From: a virus
Taxonomy: Duplodnaviria; Caudoviricetes
IMG/VR virus record: IMGVR_UViG_3300017774_002464
Coordinates: 1-37,468 of that record
Reading direction: 5' to 3' (one strand)
Length of the DNA stretch: 37,468 bases
Shown: positions 26,386 to 35,699 of the stretch, one piece after another
Layout of the letters: each line of letters opens with the position of its first letter
Position numbering within the stretch: the stretch's first letter is position 1
Notes under the pieces: model-generated
Database searches by the model: none
What the model was told of the DNA's origin: nothing
The model's input: only the letters and a program-made list of their open reading frames with translations
Translations under genes and position numbers: made by a program

Positions 26386-26582
26386 ACCCAAGACAAGCAC
26401 TCGAATGGATGGAGCTAGAGTTTGGAGCGCAACGATCCGACCTCATGCTGAAGCTACTGCTGCGCAACCCAAGCGAACTGGAGGCCATCGTAATTTCAAA
26501 CTTCTCGGCATCGAATCCGAAGCGCCAGAAAATGAGGATTGCACTGAACTCGATTCTTGAAAAACACAGGGAGGGAAAATGA
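26382..26582 (+). CDS. hypothetical protein
   Basis: MNPRQALEW..., ATGA overlaps. Confidence 0.6.
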   Translation: MNPRQALEWMELEFGAQRSDLMLKLLLRNPSELEAIVISNFSASNPKRQKMRIALNSILEKHREGK

Positions 26583-26971
26583 GCAATTGGAAAAACGCAT
26601 ATGGATGGTCTGGGCACATTTTGGTTTCAGAAGATAATTGCGAATCAGACCCAGAGCATAACGTGGTGGCCGTGCCGGATGATGTGTTCAATCGCATCGT
26701 TGAGGATTGCCATTCTGGCAATCTGCAAATCGACATCGCAGCAGCGCGACTTGGCGCAAATAGTGAGGATGTTGTTTTCATGGCCACAGGGACAGGATTC
26801 AGCATGGGCTTCGATCACTACGGCACGGTGTTCAACGAAGCTGAATTGAGAGCATCGCCGGGATCACAGGCCGTCGACGACGACCGAGAGTATCTGAAAG
26901 CAATGAAGGACGTTTACGGATTGGACCTGCCACCATGCAGGATGATGATCGGGTGCAGTTCGGAACATTGA
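26579..26971 (+). CDS. hypothetical acidic protein
   Basis: 130 aa, GGAGG SD. Confidence 0.65.
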   Translation: MSNWKNAYGWSGHILVSEDNCESDPEHNVVAVPDDVFNRIVEDCHSGNLQIDIAAARLGANSEDVVFMATGTGFSMGFDHYGTVFNEAELRASPGSQAVDDDREYLKAMKDVYGLDLPPCRMMIGCSSEH

Positions 26972-27006
26972 AACAACCAAAACAAATCACAGAAGGAGAA
27001 CAATCA

Positions 27007-27420
27007 ATGAACACATGCAGCATTGTCGGCACGGTGAAGAAAGCGAAGATGGACACGACCAAGACAGGCAAGCCTTGCGCCAAGGTGCGCGTCGAGGTTT
27101 CCAGAGCTTGGCAAGACAAGGTGTTTACCACACGCTTTGACGTCGTGGTGTACGGCCAGGACGCAACCACGGCTGGCGCATTAAGCGAGGGCACGCTTGT
27201 CTGGGCATCCGGCGAGGTTGGAGCCTACGCTAACGAGTACCAAGGAAAGACCTACGCCAACTTGCAGCTCACCGGCAGGATTGGAACCATCAGCAAACCG
27301 GATTTCAACAAGGTGCGACAAGAGGCGGAGAACTCGCAACAATCGCTTCCAATGCCACGTAGCACAGCGCCAGCGACGTCAGCGGAGCCGCCAATTGAAG
27401 ACTTAGACGTGCCTTTCTGA
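27007..27420 (+). CDS. ssb: second, divergent SSB with acidic tail
   Basis: MN.C.IVG.V...T.TGK....V.V....W...VV.YG..A...L..G..V...G; ends EDLDVPF; AAGGAG SD. Confidence 0.8.
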   Translation: MNTCSIVGTVKKAKMDTTKTGKPCAKVRVEVSRAWQDKVFTTRFDVVVYGQDATTAGALSEGTLVWASGEVGAYANEYQGKTYANLQLTGRIGTISKPDFNKVRQEAENSQQSLPMPRSTAPATSAEPPIEDLDVPF

Positions 27421-27484
27421 TAGTCTTAATACCGGGTAGCCTGCACCAATTTTAACGAGTCGGAACAGCAGAAAGTCAAGACAT

Positions 27485-27742
27485 ATGCCAAAGACAAAGA
27501 AACAAACCATAATCAAAATCAAGCTCACCAAAGCAGCCGAAGCAGCGATCAAGAAAGAGGCTGAAGCGTTTGAGGGGTTGACCTTTGCGAAGCAAGCGAA
27601 AGCGTTCAAGACCGCTTGCAATGCGGCGGAGCACTCTCCAGAGGTTGCGTTGATTGTGGCGCTTGGACGCATCGTAACTTTTCAGTTCGATGAACTATCC
27701 AAGTTGCACAAGCAGTTGTTGGACCGCCTAAAAAACAAGTAA
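27485..27742 (+). CDS. hypothetical basic protein
   Basis: 85 aa before terminator. Confidence 0.65.
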   Translation: MPKTKKQTIIKIKLTKAAEAAIKKEAEAFEGLTFAKQAKAFKTACNAAEHSPEVALIVALGRIVTFQFDELSKLHKQLLDRLKNK

Positions 27743-27760
27743 CAACGCCAACACATCACA

Positions 27761-27788
27761 CCCCCACGCCAAAAGCTGGGGGTTTTTT
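27761..27788 (+). terminator. intrinsic terminator ending the early operon
   Basis: CCCCCAcGC-caaaa-GCTGGGGG-TTTTTT. Confidence 0.65.
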
Positions 27789-27827
27789 CGTGTTCAGATC
27801 CAACGGAATAAGCTATATCGAGCCAAC

Positions 27828-28301
27828 ATGAAGCCGCGAACCAGGAACAAGCCTACAAACGAGGAAATGGCAGAGCGTGTTGAGTACATGCAAACACTGC
27901 TCGCAAAGGACATGAGAGACGGGGACTTGAAGAGGGCGTTCAGGGAGATGTATGGAAACCTAGATCACGCGACGATCTTGGAATATAAGGCACGCGCGCG
28001 CGCTAAGAACTTAGAGGCTATGAAGCGCCCGAAAAACGAGTGGGTCGCGGAGTCAATTGAGGTCTACCGTGACATCATGGCGGACCCAACTGTAGAGCCT
28101 CGGGACAAGATAAAAGCCCGCGAGCGCATCGACAAGCTTCTCGGCCTAGACGCTCCGCAGCGAACAGAGCACACCGGCGCGGACGGTGGGCCAATCCAGA
28201 TTGAATCTCTTATAGACGCCGCAGAACTCACCGACGTTGACATTTCTCGGGCATTAGGTGAGTACAAGGCAACGAATGGAGCCATTGACGGAGTGCGATG
28301 A
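27828..28301 (+). CDS. terS: terminase small subunit
   Basis: HTH-like N-terminus, ERIDKLLGLDAP.R.EHTGADGGPI tail, directly before TerL. Confidence 0.75.
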   Translation: MKPRTRNKPTNEEMAERVEYMQTLLAKDMRDGDLKRAFREMYGNLDHATILEYKARARAKNLEAMKRPKNEWVAESIEVYRDIMADPTVEPRDKIKARERIDKLLGLDAPQRTEHTGADGGPIQIESLIDAAELTDVDISRALGEYKATNGAIDGVR

Positions 28302-31062
28302 ATCGGAAGAGTTGGAGCTAGAGTTAGTCCAGCAGCCTGACAAGCGGCTGGCAGCGATTGCGCGTGGGTTGAAGGCGTCCAGGGACAACCCATGCTCATT
28401 CGCTGCTTACTTAGACCAGCGATTCATCCCGACAAAGTTCAACCGCGAAGCGATAGTCGCAGCCTGCACCGAGCCTAGACTTATATGCGTTCTTCCGCCT
28501 AGCCATGGCAAGTCTAGGATCATGATCGAGGTGGCGACTTGGCTGCTCGGCAGGACGCGCCAGAAGCTTACGTTGGCTTCTTGGTCGCTAGAGGAAGGGT
28601 TGGACGTGTCGCGTGATGTGCGGGACCGTGTGGCGCAAAACCCGCGCTTTAGGCTGGTGTTTCCTCGCGTGGCGCTGCCTCAGAAAACGCAGCCGGTGGC
28701 GAAGTTCATCACGACATCGGGAGGGATGCTATCCACCATCGAGGTCGGGGACCAAGTTCCGCTTTCCGACGTGCTGCTGATAGATGATCCCATCAAGTCG
28801 CCAAAGGAAGCGCAGAGCGCTGTTAATCGCGAACGGGTGTGGGATTGGTACATAAACGCGGCATTCACGCGCCTGAACGTGGCTGGGCGCATTGTGCTTA
28901 TATGCTCTAGGGCTCACGGCGACGACCTCGCGGGCAGGCTGATAAAGCAAGGCGGGTGGAAAGTGTTGAACTGGCAGGCAATCGTTGACGATGCGGCATT
29001 GTGGCCGGATCGCGTTCCGCTGGACTACCTACGCAAGACCGAATCCGCACTCGGGCCAAAGGTGTGGCGCTGCGCGTACCAGGGTGAGCCGGACGACGAG
29101 CAAGGTGGATCCACATCGATGCCTAGGCGTGAGTCGTTTAAGGAGTTTCTAGAGTTAGACGCCAAGGTGCCAGGGGATCAATCAAAGCGGGAGACGCGTG
29201 GAACGTTTACACGCTTCACATTGGACGGCCGCGAGGCTCTCGTTGACATCGTGGAGGCGTTTGACTTCGTGTTAGCCAACAGCATCAAAGACGCGCAAAT
29301 AGCCGTTGCCGGAGGCGCGCAATGGGGCAAGACGACGCTGCAACATGCGTTCATGACCTATTGCACGGGCCAGTTGTTCCGCAATGTCATGACATTCCTG
29401 CCAGACGAGGGGTTGGTATCTGACGTCGTCCAGACAAAGTTCCGGCCCACGATGGTGGACCAACTGCCATGGTTTGCAGGCATGATCGAGATGGGTAAGG
29501 TCACGAATGAGAGCGGCAAGACCGTCAACCGAATCGGCGTCTACAGCGTCACCGATGGCATCAGGAAAGCCACGGGCATGTTCTGCGGGCTGAACAAGGT
29601 TCCGACCACCCATAGCGCAGACATCGCTTTGATTGACGAGGTGGACGACGTCGACGAGAGAAACGAGAAGTTCGTCGCGGGCCGCCTCACAACTTCAGAC
29701 ATCCGACTTATAGCCAAGGCTGGAACCCAGCGCGTGCATGGGCGAGGCATGAATAAGGCATGGAAGGATGGATCTCAGGGCATTGTGATGTTGACCTGCT
29801 CGCATTGTCAGCGCCAACAAAACCCAGAGGACAGCTTCCCAGGCATCGTGTGTCTCGACGATGGAAGCGCGGAGCCTGCGCGCCTAACCCATGCAGGGGA
29901 CTTCCGTCGAGGCGAGGAAGTGGTTTCAACGCATCTGCCGTCGAACAAGTATTTCCTCGGGTGCGTCTCGTGCGGAACGCGGTTAGACCGCCGTGCGCCA
30001 GCGTGGAAGCATAAGAGGGCCGACCAGATCCTTCTGCACAACTGGTCATTCCGTATTTCGCAGTTGTCCATCGACGCAATCGACCTCGGGAAGATCGTCA
30101 ACGACTGGCACAAGGCGGTTCAGAGCGACGACAAAATGCTCATGTTCCGAACGGATGTCCTCGCGATTCCAAAGAGCACAGCGCAGAAGCTCACGCCGGA
30201 GATCCTAGACCGGGCGCGGCGCATCGAGGTTTTCGACGTGTCGCCTCCGCCTATGAGCAACCGAAGCGTTCGCTACGGAGGTTTGGACATGGGCGGGCGC
30301 TGTTGGTTTTTCGTGCGCGAAGTTGAGTCGCCAATCCGCAAGCGTGTCATATGGGCCGAGTCGATCCCGCTTCACCAAGTAGGTGTTCGCGTTCCGCAGT
30401 TGTGCGAGTCTCTTGGAGTGTCCTGCACGTTTGTCGACCAGATGCCAGAGACGAAGGAGAGCCGCACGTTGGCGCTGCGCCTGAACGGTATTGACGCTCT
30501 ATCGCAGTTCCCGCGCATCCCAGACACAGGGCAGTGCCATGTGTCATTTGGCAACGGCCTAACGTTCTCACGCGATGACCACGGCGACGGGAAATGGGTT
30601 GGCATGAAATGCGCGGTAGTGCGATTCGACAAGAAACGGCCAGGGCAAGGAATCGAGCTGAAGCCGGACTACTTCACGGGCTCCAACGGCTCCGAAATAT
30701 GCGTGCCTATGGTGGTTTGCAACCGCATGGAGACGGTTGACTCTGCCGTGCGCGAGTTCCTGACACCAGCCGAGGGTGAGATGGAAAACCACATAGGTTT
30801 AGGACTTAGATCCACACCCGCAATCCTGCTACCACAGTCGAAATTGGACATATGGCGAGAGTTCGACGAGCATCACATAAGCGGGTCAGAACGCGAGCGT
30901 GAAACCTCTGGCGAGCTGGGCGACTATGTCGACGGCATAGCAAACCACTTGCTATTTGCGAATAGTTATGCCCGACTTGCGGAAGTTATCGGGTCCAGGT
31001 CTAAGCCGGTGGCGTTCAGTTATGGCAGACCTAACCGAGAGCATCGAACCAGTGGAATATGA
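28276..31062 (+). CDS. terL: terminase large subunit with two ATPase modules
   Basis: Module 1 PPSHGKS/LLIDDP/LWPD/AYQGEP; module 2 GAQWGKT/ALIDEVD/CxxC/SFRISQL/GLDMG nuclease. Confidence 0.85.
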   Translation: MEPLTECDESEELELELVQQPDKRLAAIARGLKASRDNPCSFAAYLDQRFIPTKFNREAIVAACTEPRLICVLPPSHGKSRIMIEVATWLLGRTRQKLTLASWSLEEGLDVSRDVRDRVAQNPRFRLVFPRVALPQKTQPVAKFITTSGGMLSTIEVGDQVPLSDVLLIDDPIKSPKEAQSAVNRERVWDWYINAAFTRLNVAGRIVLICSRAHGDDLAGRLIKQGGWKVLNWQAIVDDAALWPDRVPLDYLRKTESALGPKVWRCAYQGEPDDEQGGSTSMPRRESFKEFLELDAKVPGDQSKRETRGTFTRFTLDGREALVDIVEAFDFVLANSIKDAQIAVAGGAQWGKTTLQHAFMTYCTGQLFRNVMTFLPDEGLVSDVVQTKFRPTMVDQLPWFAGMIEMGKVTNESGKTVNRIGVYSVTDGIRKATGMFCGLNKVPTTHSADIALIDEVDDVDERNEKFVAGRLTTSDIRLIAKAGTQRVHGRGMNKAWKDGSQGIVMLTCSHCQRQQNPEDSFPGIVCLDDGSAEPARLTHAGDFRRGEEVVSTHLPSNKYFLGCVSCGTRLDRRAPAWKHKRADQILLHNWSFRISQLSIDAIDLGKIVNDWHKAVQSDDKMLMFRTDVLAIPKSTAQKLTPEILDRARRIEVFDVSPPPMSNRSVRYGGLDMGGRCWFFVREVESPIRKRVIWAESIPLHQVGVRVPQLCESLGVSCTFVDQMPETKESRTLALRLNGIDALSQFPRIPDTGQCHVSFGNGLTFSRDDHGDGKWVGMKCAVVRFDKKRPGQGIELKPDYFTGSNGSEICVPMVVCNRMETVDSAVREFLTPAEGEMENHIGLGLRSTPAILLPQSKLDIWREFDEHHISGSERERETSGELGDYVDGIANHLLFANSYARLAEVIGSRSKPVAFSYGRPNREHRTSGI

Positions 31063-32624
31063 CATTAGACACAACGCAAGCCGAGAAAGCGGGTCTGGAT
31101 TATGAGCGTATCAAAGGCTCTATCCAGATGCGTTTCAACCCCGTGCGACAGGCTAGCGCGGAGCGGCTGTCCTCTGAGTTGGACTCGCTTTACTTCGGTC
31201 GTCTAACCATTGCGCGCTTCTGGGATGCGATGCAGAACCGGGATCCTGAGATTCGCACGGCAATAGGCAAGCGTGGTGATGCGGTGGAGCAATTGGAGTG
31301 GCAAGTTGTCGAATCAGAGAACGCAAAGGAGATCGACGCTGAGATGGCGGAGCGTCAGTGCGAAGTGCTGAAAGAGTTTTGGGGAAACATCAGTGTGACG
31401 GACGTCTACAAGCAAGACTCGCATGGCGGAGTTGGCCTTCTGGCGCGTCAGATGTTGGACGCCAGGGCTAAGGGGTGGGCAGTGCATGAACTTACGTGGA
31501 AGCCACGCGTTGACGGCACGCTGACGGCGGAGTTCCGCTTCTGCCCGTTGTATTGGTTTGAGAACATGACTGGGAAGTTGCGCTTCCTGCTTTCCGACTT
31601 TGCGTATTACGGCGTCGAGATGAAGCCGAGTGAATGGCTTGTTACCACTTCAGACAACTTCATGGAGAGTGTGACGGCTCTCTGGATCTATAAGAAGGAG
31701 TTGCTCCAAGCGTGGGTTAGGTTCTGTGCGCGCTACGGGATGCCGCTGCCCGTGATTAAGACCGACGCAGCGCCAGGGTCTGGCAACTGGAACGACGCAG
31801 TCGAGGCGGCTAGCAGCATCACTGAGGACTGGGCAATCGTGCTGAACACAGGTGCAAGCCTAGAGTTCCCGACTCTGGACCGAAGCGGCGACGGCACCTT
31901 TCAGGCGCTCTATGAGGACCTGAAACGAACGATTGTCACCGTGATTCTGGGCAGTGACCTAGCAACGATTTCAGCCGGTGCGGGGCAAGGGCAGGGGGCC
32001 AGCTTGCAAGGCAAGGAGGACGCAAAGCGCGAGAAAGCGGACGCTTCACTCATCACTGAGACGTTGAACCGATCAATCGACAAGATGGTATTGGAGTACA
32101 CGTTTGGCGAGAACGTGCCTATACTCGCGAAGTTCGTGTTAGTTCCGTCCAAGAACCAGGACGTGGCTTCCGATATTGCTGTTGACCGCATGTTCCGCGA
32201 GTTCGGAATCCCGCTCTCTCAGAACGACGTGTATCAACGCTACGGGCGCGCCACGCCATCGGAGGACGACGATCAGGTTGGAGAGGCGGAAACGCCTGAT
32301 AACGTTGGTGAAAATGGCCAAGACGCCGAGGAAAACCAGCTTCAGAACGACAACCTAGGCATCAGCAACGAGGTTGTTGACAGCGCGAAGAAAGCAATTG
32401 CCAAGGCCCGTGCGCAGGACTTGGAAGGAGTGGCGCGTGAACTAACCTCGATCCTCTCCGTTGACGACCCGCAGGCGGTGTTGAAAGGGCTTCGTCACTT
32501 CATTCTAAACAGCCAAATGAGGGCCAAGCATCTTATATCTAACCCCGACCGGCTGGCGCATGAGATAGAGAAACTACTTGCAACTTCGTTTCTTTCAGGC
32601 ACTCAATTGGCACCGAAGGTATAA
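31059..32624 (+). CDS. portal protein (Mu gp29/DUF935-like)
   Basis: D..I......R..AV..L.W, LDA..KG.AV.E..W, W.RF..RYG.P, ..ILG..L.T. Confidence 0.85.
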   Translation: MTLDTTQAEKAGLDYERIKGSIQMRFNPVRQASAERLSSELDSLYFGRLTIARFWDAMQNRDPEIRTAIGKRGDAVEQLEWQVVESENAKEIDAEMAERQCEVLKEFWGNISVTDVYKQDSHGGVGLLARQMLDARAKGWAVHELTWKPRVDGTLTAEFRFCPLYWFENMTGKLRFLLSDFAYYGVEMKPSEWLVTTSDNFMESVTALWIYKKELLQAWVRFCARYGMPLPVIKTDAAPGSGNWNDAVEAASSITEDWAIVLNTGASLEFPTLDRSGDGTFQALYEDLKRTIVTVILGSDLATISAGAGQGQGASLQGKEDAKREKADASLITETLNRSIDKMVLEYTFGENVPILAKFVLVPSKNQDVASDIAVDRMFREFGIPLSQNDVYQRYGRATPSEDDDQVGEAETPDNVGENGQDAEENQLQNDNLGISNEVVDSAKKAIAKARAQDLEGVARELTSILSVDDPQAVLKGLRHFILNSQMRAKHLISNPDRLAHEIEKLLATSFLSGTQLAPKV

Positions 32625-32626
32625 CT

Positions 32627-33715
32627 ATGGACGACGAACAAATGGAGTTCACTAACGGGAACCAAGTCGCACTTGGCGAGGACGGCTTCGCGTTGCTGGC
32701 TCCTTTCGGCGACTCTTATTATCCCCTAACTATAGGTGGCAAGACCGTCACGGTGGTTCCGCGCATCACAAAGGAAAACGCCACTGAGATGGCGAACGCC
32801 TTTAAGAGCGTGGTTGGAAAGGTGTCGCGATGGCTGCGAGGTTCTCCGATTTACTTTGGGCACCCTGACGATCCGCAGACCGGGCACAAGTACCCGATGA
32901 AGGATCAGGTTGGCATGTTCGCAGACTTAGAGGTGCGAGAGAATGGGCTGTATGTGCGCCCAATGTTCAACGAGAAGGGCGCGCAGATCCTAGAGAAGCC
33001 TGACAAGTACTATTTTAGCGGGCGGTGGCCCGTGAAGAAGACGGGCGTAAAGGATGGCATGGCCGTCTTTGAACCCATCAACGTGACATCAATCGGCATG
33101 ACTCGAAACCCGAATCTGCCGACTGAGATGCTCAACCAAAAACAAGACATTATGGACCGAAAACAACTGATTGCACTGCTCGCTAAGTCGGGCATCACGC
33201 TTTCCAACGAAGCCACCGATGAGCAAATCGCGGCTGCATTGGACGGCTTTGGAGCGGCTAAAGCGACCGCTGAAACCCAACTGGCAAACGAGCGAAAGAC
33301 CCTCGAAACGGTCAACGCTGAATTGGCCAAGGTGAAGTCTGAATCCGAAGCATCCCGCAAGGATCAGATCACCAGCTTGATCAACGAGCGACTCGTGTCT
33401 GGTGTTATCACTGAGGCCGAGAAGGCGCTCTGGGAAGGCCGGTTGACGCACAACTTCGCCAATGAGTCCAAGGCTTTGATCGAGCTTCAGCCGAAGCTGA
33501 AGACCTCGCAGAACCGAGCCGTTTCCGGCGACCGCGCCCGCAATCCGCAAGGCAACAAGGAAGCGAGCGAGAAGTTGCTTCAGTTCGCCAACGAGGCCGC
33601 GAATGAGATCGCCAAGAGCAACCCGAAGATTTCGCCAGAGGAAGCCTATCGGCTCGGCTTTGAGTCGGCGCAGAAGGCACACCCCGAACTCGTTAACCAA
33701 CTCAACTCTAACTAA
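32627..33715 (+). CDS. Mu gpI-like prohead protease with C-terminal scaffold (internal start 33152)
   Basis: PIY.GHPD, YFS..W, SIGMTRNPNL (cf. S.ALTN.P.L); A-rich stretch then in-frame ATG MDRKQLIALL. Confidence 0.8.
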   Translation: MDDEQMEFTNGNQVALGEDGFALLAPFGDSYYPLTIGGKTVTVVPRITKENATEMANAFKSVVGKVSRWLRGSPIYFGHPDDPQTGHKYPMKDQVGMFADLEVRENGLYVRPMFNEKGAQILEKPDKYYFSGRWPVKKTGVKDGMAVFEPINVTSIGMTRNPNLPTEMLNQKQDIMDRKQLIALLAKSGITLSNEATDEQIAAALDGFGAAKATAETQLANERKTLETVNAELAKVKSESEASRKDQITSLINERLVSGVITEAEKALWEGRLTHNFANESKALIELQPKLKTSQNRAVSGDRARNPQGNKEASEKLLQFANEAANEIAKSNPKISPEEAYRLGFESAQKAHPELVNQLNSN

Positions 33716-33717
33716 AC

Positions 33718-33921
33718 ATGGCTGATACAACTACACCGACCGCCTCCGAAAAGGCTGAACTCGAAGCGTTCCGCGCCAAGGACAAGCGAGAGAAGCTCGT
33801 GAAAGCCGAGATTGCACGGCGAAGCGCAATTTGCCAGGGCGCAATCCCTGAAAGCATGCTCCGCGAAGTTGCGGAGCGCCAGATTGACCACGACGCGAAA
33901 CTCGCGGCGGAGTCTAAGTAA
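33718..33921 (+). CDS. small head-module protein
   Basis: 67 aa helical ORF between scaffold and decoration genes. Confidence 0.65.
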   Translation: MADTTTPTASEKAELEAFRAKDKREKLVKAEIARRSAICQGAIPESMLREVAERQIDHDAKLAAESK

Positions 33922-33950
33922 CCCAACACAAACTGCGGTATAATTTCCCG

Positions 33951-34553
33951 ATGAAACATCAAACCAACGACCTCTTGCGAAGCGCGCTCGCCAAGGTCAA
34001 TCGCACGCTGAAGTCTACTGGACTCCAACGTGCCTTCGATTTGTCGCGCATCCGAAGCGATTTCAGCCCGAGCCAGAATATGGCGGCGCTGCGTCGCTTG
34101 CTTACGCTTGGTCGCTTTGAACTGGTGAACGACGTCAACAGCGGAACTCATAGCGATGGCATCATCACGCGAATTGCTGACACTGCTGCCATTGGGCAAT
34201 ACCTTCTCGTGCAGAAAGGCGCGTCCGCTCCGTCGACAAACGTTGCAATCGGAGCTTCTAACGGCGTTTTTGGCATCACTCTGCAAGGTGGTGTGTCCAC
34301 CACTGAGCCTAGCGCGGTGCGCTTGTTGTCCAGCGGGCGCGGCACCGTTATGGCAACCTCTGACGGCTCCGCTGCAATTGCTGTTGGAGACTCAATCATC
34401 CCCATCGGTTCCGTTGGGAAAGTGGAAACAAACACCACTACCGGCTCCCAGCAACTTGTTGTTGGTATCGCATTGGAAGCGGTGGCCAACTCCGCTTCTG
34501 GCACTGACGCGGAATTCGAGATGATGCCCGTCTATTACTTCCGCACGTTCTAA
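33951..34553 (+). CDS. capsid decoration/cement protein with N-terminal extension
   Basis: ADTAAIGQYLLV..G, FGI, AAIAVGD, VVGIALEA pattern; directly before capsid gene. Confidence 0.7.
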   Translation: MKHQTNDLLRSALAKVNRTLKSTGLQRAFDLSRIRSDFSPSQNMAALRRLLTLGRFELVNDVNSGTHSDGIITRIADTAAIGQYLLVQKGASAPSTNVAIGASNGVFGITLQGGVSTTEPSAVRLLSSGRGTVMATSDGSAAIAVGDSIIPIGSVGKVETNTTTGSQQLVVGIALEAVANSASGTDAEFEMMPVYYFRTF

Positions 34554-34574
34554 TCCAACACAGGATCAACCTAT

Positions 34575-35588
34575 ATGACTTTCCCAGAAATCACAGACTT
34601 CCACAACGCGAAGCAATACGCCGAAGCCGTCGAGCTTCCAATGGATCGCGGTGGCGACTTGGACCTCGGCAAAGTGTATGTCGCGAACGACTCTCGCTTC
34701 ACCGCGAGCGCTTACAACCAGCCCTTGACCACGTTTGCCGTTGGTGGGTGGAACAAGATGGGGCTTGACGATGAGCTTCGCGCTCTCGTCGGCACTCCTG
34801 TCCAGGTGCCTCGCCGATTCTCTTACAAGGCTTGGGCTAACGCTGAAGCCTTCAAGAGTGAGACGACCGACGACTTGCGCGCTATTGGGGCCGACTTCAA
34901 GGCCGTAAACCTCACCAACACCGAGGTCGAAACGCAGATTGCGAATCGCGGTTTGATCATGGTCTTGGACGCCGACGAGGTAGCTGAAGGGATCATGACT
35001 GAGCAAATGGCGGTGCAGTATCTGAGCCAGCGATTGAAGCTGAATCAGATCCGGCGCGCCGCTGCTTTGATTGTCGCTTCCGCAACCGACACTGCGCGCA
35101 CTTGGTCGAGCGGAACTCTTGATGCCGACATGAATATCATGACGGCGATGAATGCCTACCACATCGCGGCTGGCATTGACTGTAACACTCTCGTGTTCGG
35201 TAGAACCGCTTGGACCAACCGTTTGACTACTCTCCGCGCTCTCGCTACCGCTGGCGGCTTCGCTGGCGCAGGCAAGACCGCGCAAGAGTTGGCCGACTGG
35301 CTCAACGTTGGGGAAGTCTTCCGATCCAACGCGGTGTATCAATCCGCTTCCGCGACCAAGACCTTGGTTACATCCACCAAGATCCTGTTCTTTAACAAGA
35401 GCGCGAGCGGAATGCGTGAGGATCCGTCTAACATCAAGTACTTCTGGTCGCCAGTCTCCCAAGGCGGTGGCCAGATTGCCGCTTTCCGATACGAGGAAGG
35501 CCGGAAGAAAATCGTTGTTGGCGTTGAGCACAACGAGTTGCTTGCTGTGACTTATACCGGTGGCATTCAGACAATCACCACTGCCTAA
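34575..35588 (+). CDS. major capsid protein
   Basis: 337 aa after protease and decoration genes, followed by terminator and connector; DDLRAIGADF, NRGL...LD, N.LV.G..AW. Confidence 0.8.
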   Translation: MTFPEITDFHNAKQYAEAVELPMDRGGDLDLGKVYVANDSRFTASAYNQPLTTFAVGGWNKMGLDDELRALVGTPVQVPRRFSYKAWANAEAFKSETTDDLRAIGADFKAVNLTNTEVETQIANRGLIMVLDADEVAEGIMTEQMAVQYLSQRLKLNQIRRAAALIVASATDTARTWSSGTLDADMNIMTAMNAYHIAAGIDCNTLVFGRTAWTNRLTTLRALATAGGFAGAGKTAQELADWLNVGEVFRSNAVYQSASATKTLVTSTKILFFNKSASGMREDPSNIKYFWSPVSQGGGQIAAFRYEEGRKKIVVGVEHNELLAVTYTGGIQTITTA

Positions 35589-35595
35589 TCTTGCA

Positions 35596-35630
35596 GCGCG
35601 CTAGGTGTGCCGACCGCCTAGCGTGCTTTT
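35596..35630 (+). terminator. intrinsic terminator after capsid gene
   Basis: GCGCGCTAGGTG...CGCCTAGCGTGC-TTTT. Confidence 0.7.
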
Positions 35631-35699
35631 CCGGGGTTGGCGGTGTCCTCTCCCGCCGTCAACCCCACCTTCGGCTTCGTCGGTTTCCACTTTCCACCT

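Noticed and set aside
27448-27479. Leftward promoter TTGACT..TAAAAT antisense to the second ssb
   Set aside because: 19-nt spacer is suboptimal and no minus-strand gene follows; cannot be supported
33089-35531. Long minus-strand ORFs (213, 192, 321 aa) and similar ones at 15678 and 23350
   Set aside because: Antisense shadows of well-supported + strand genes with no recognisable motifs
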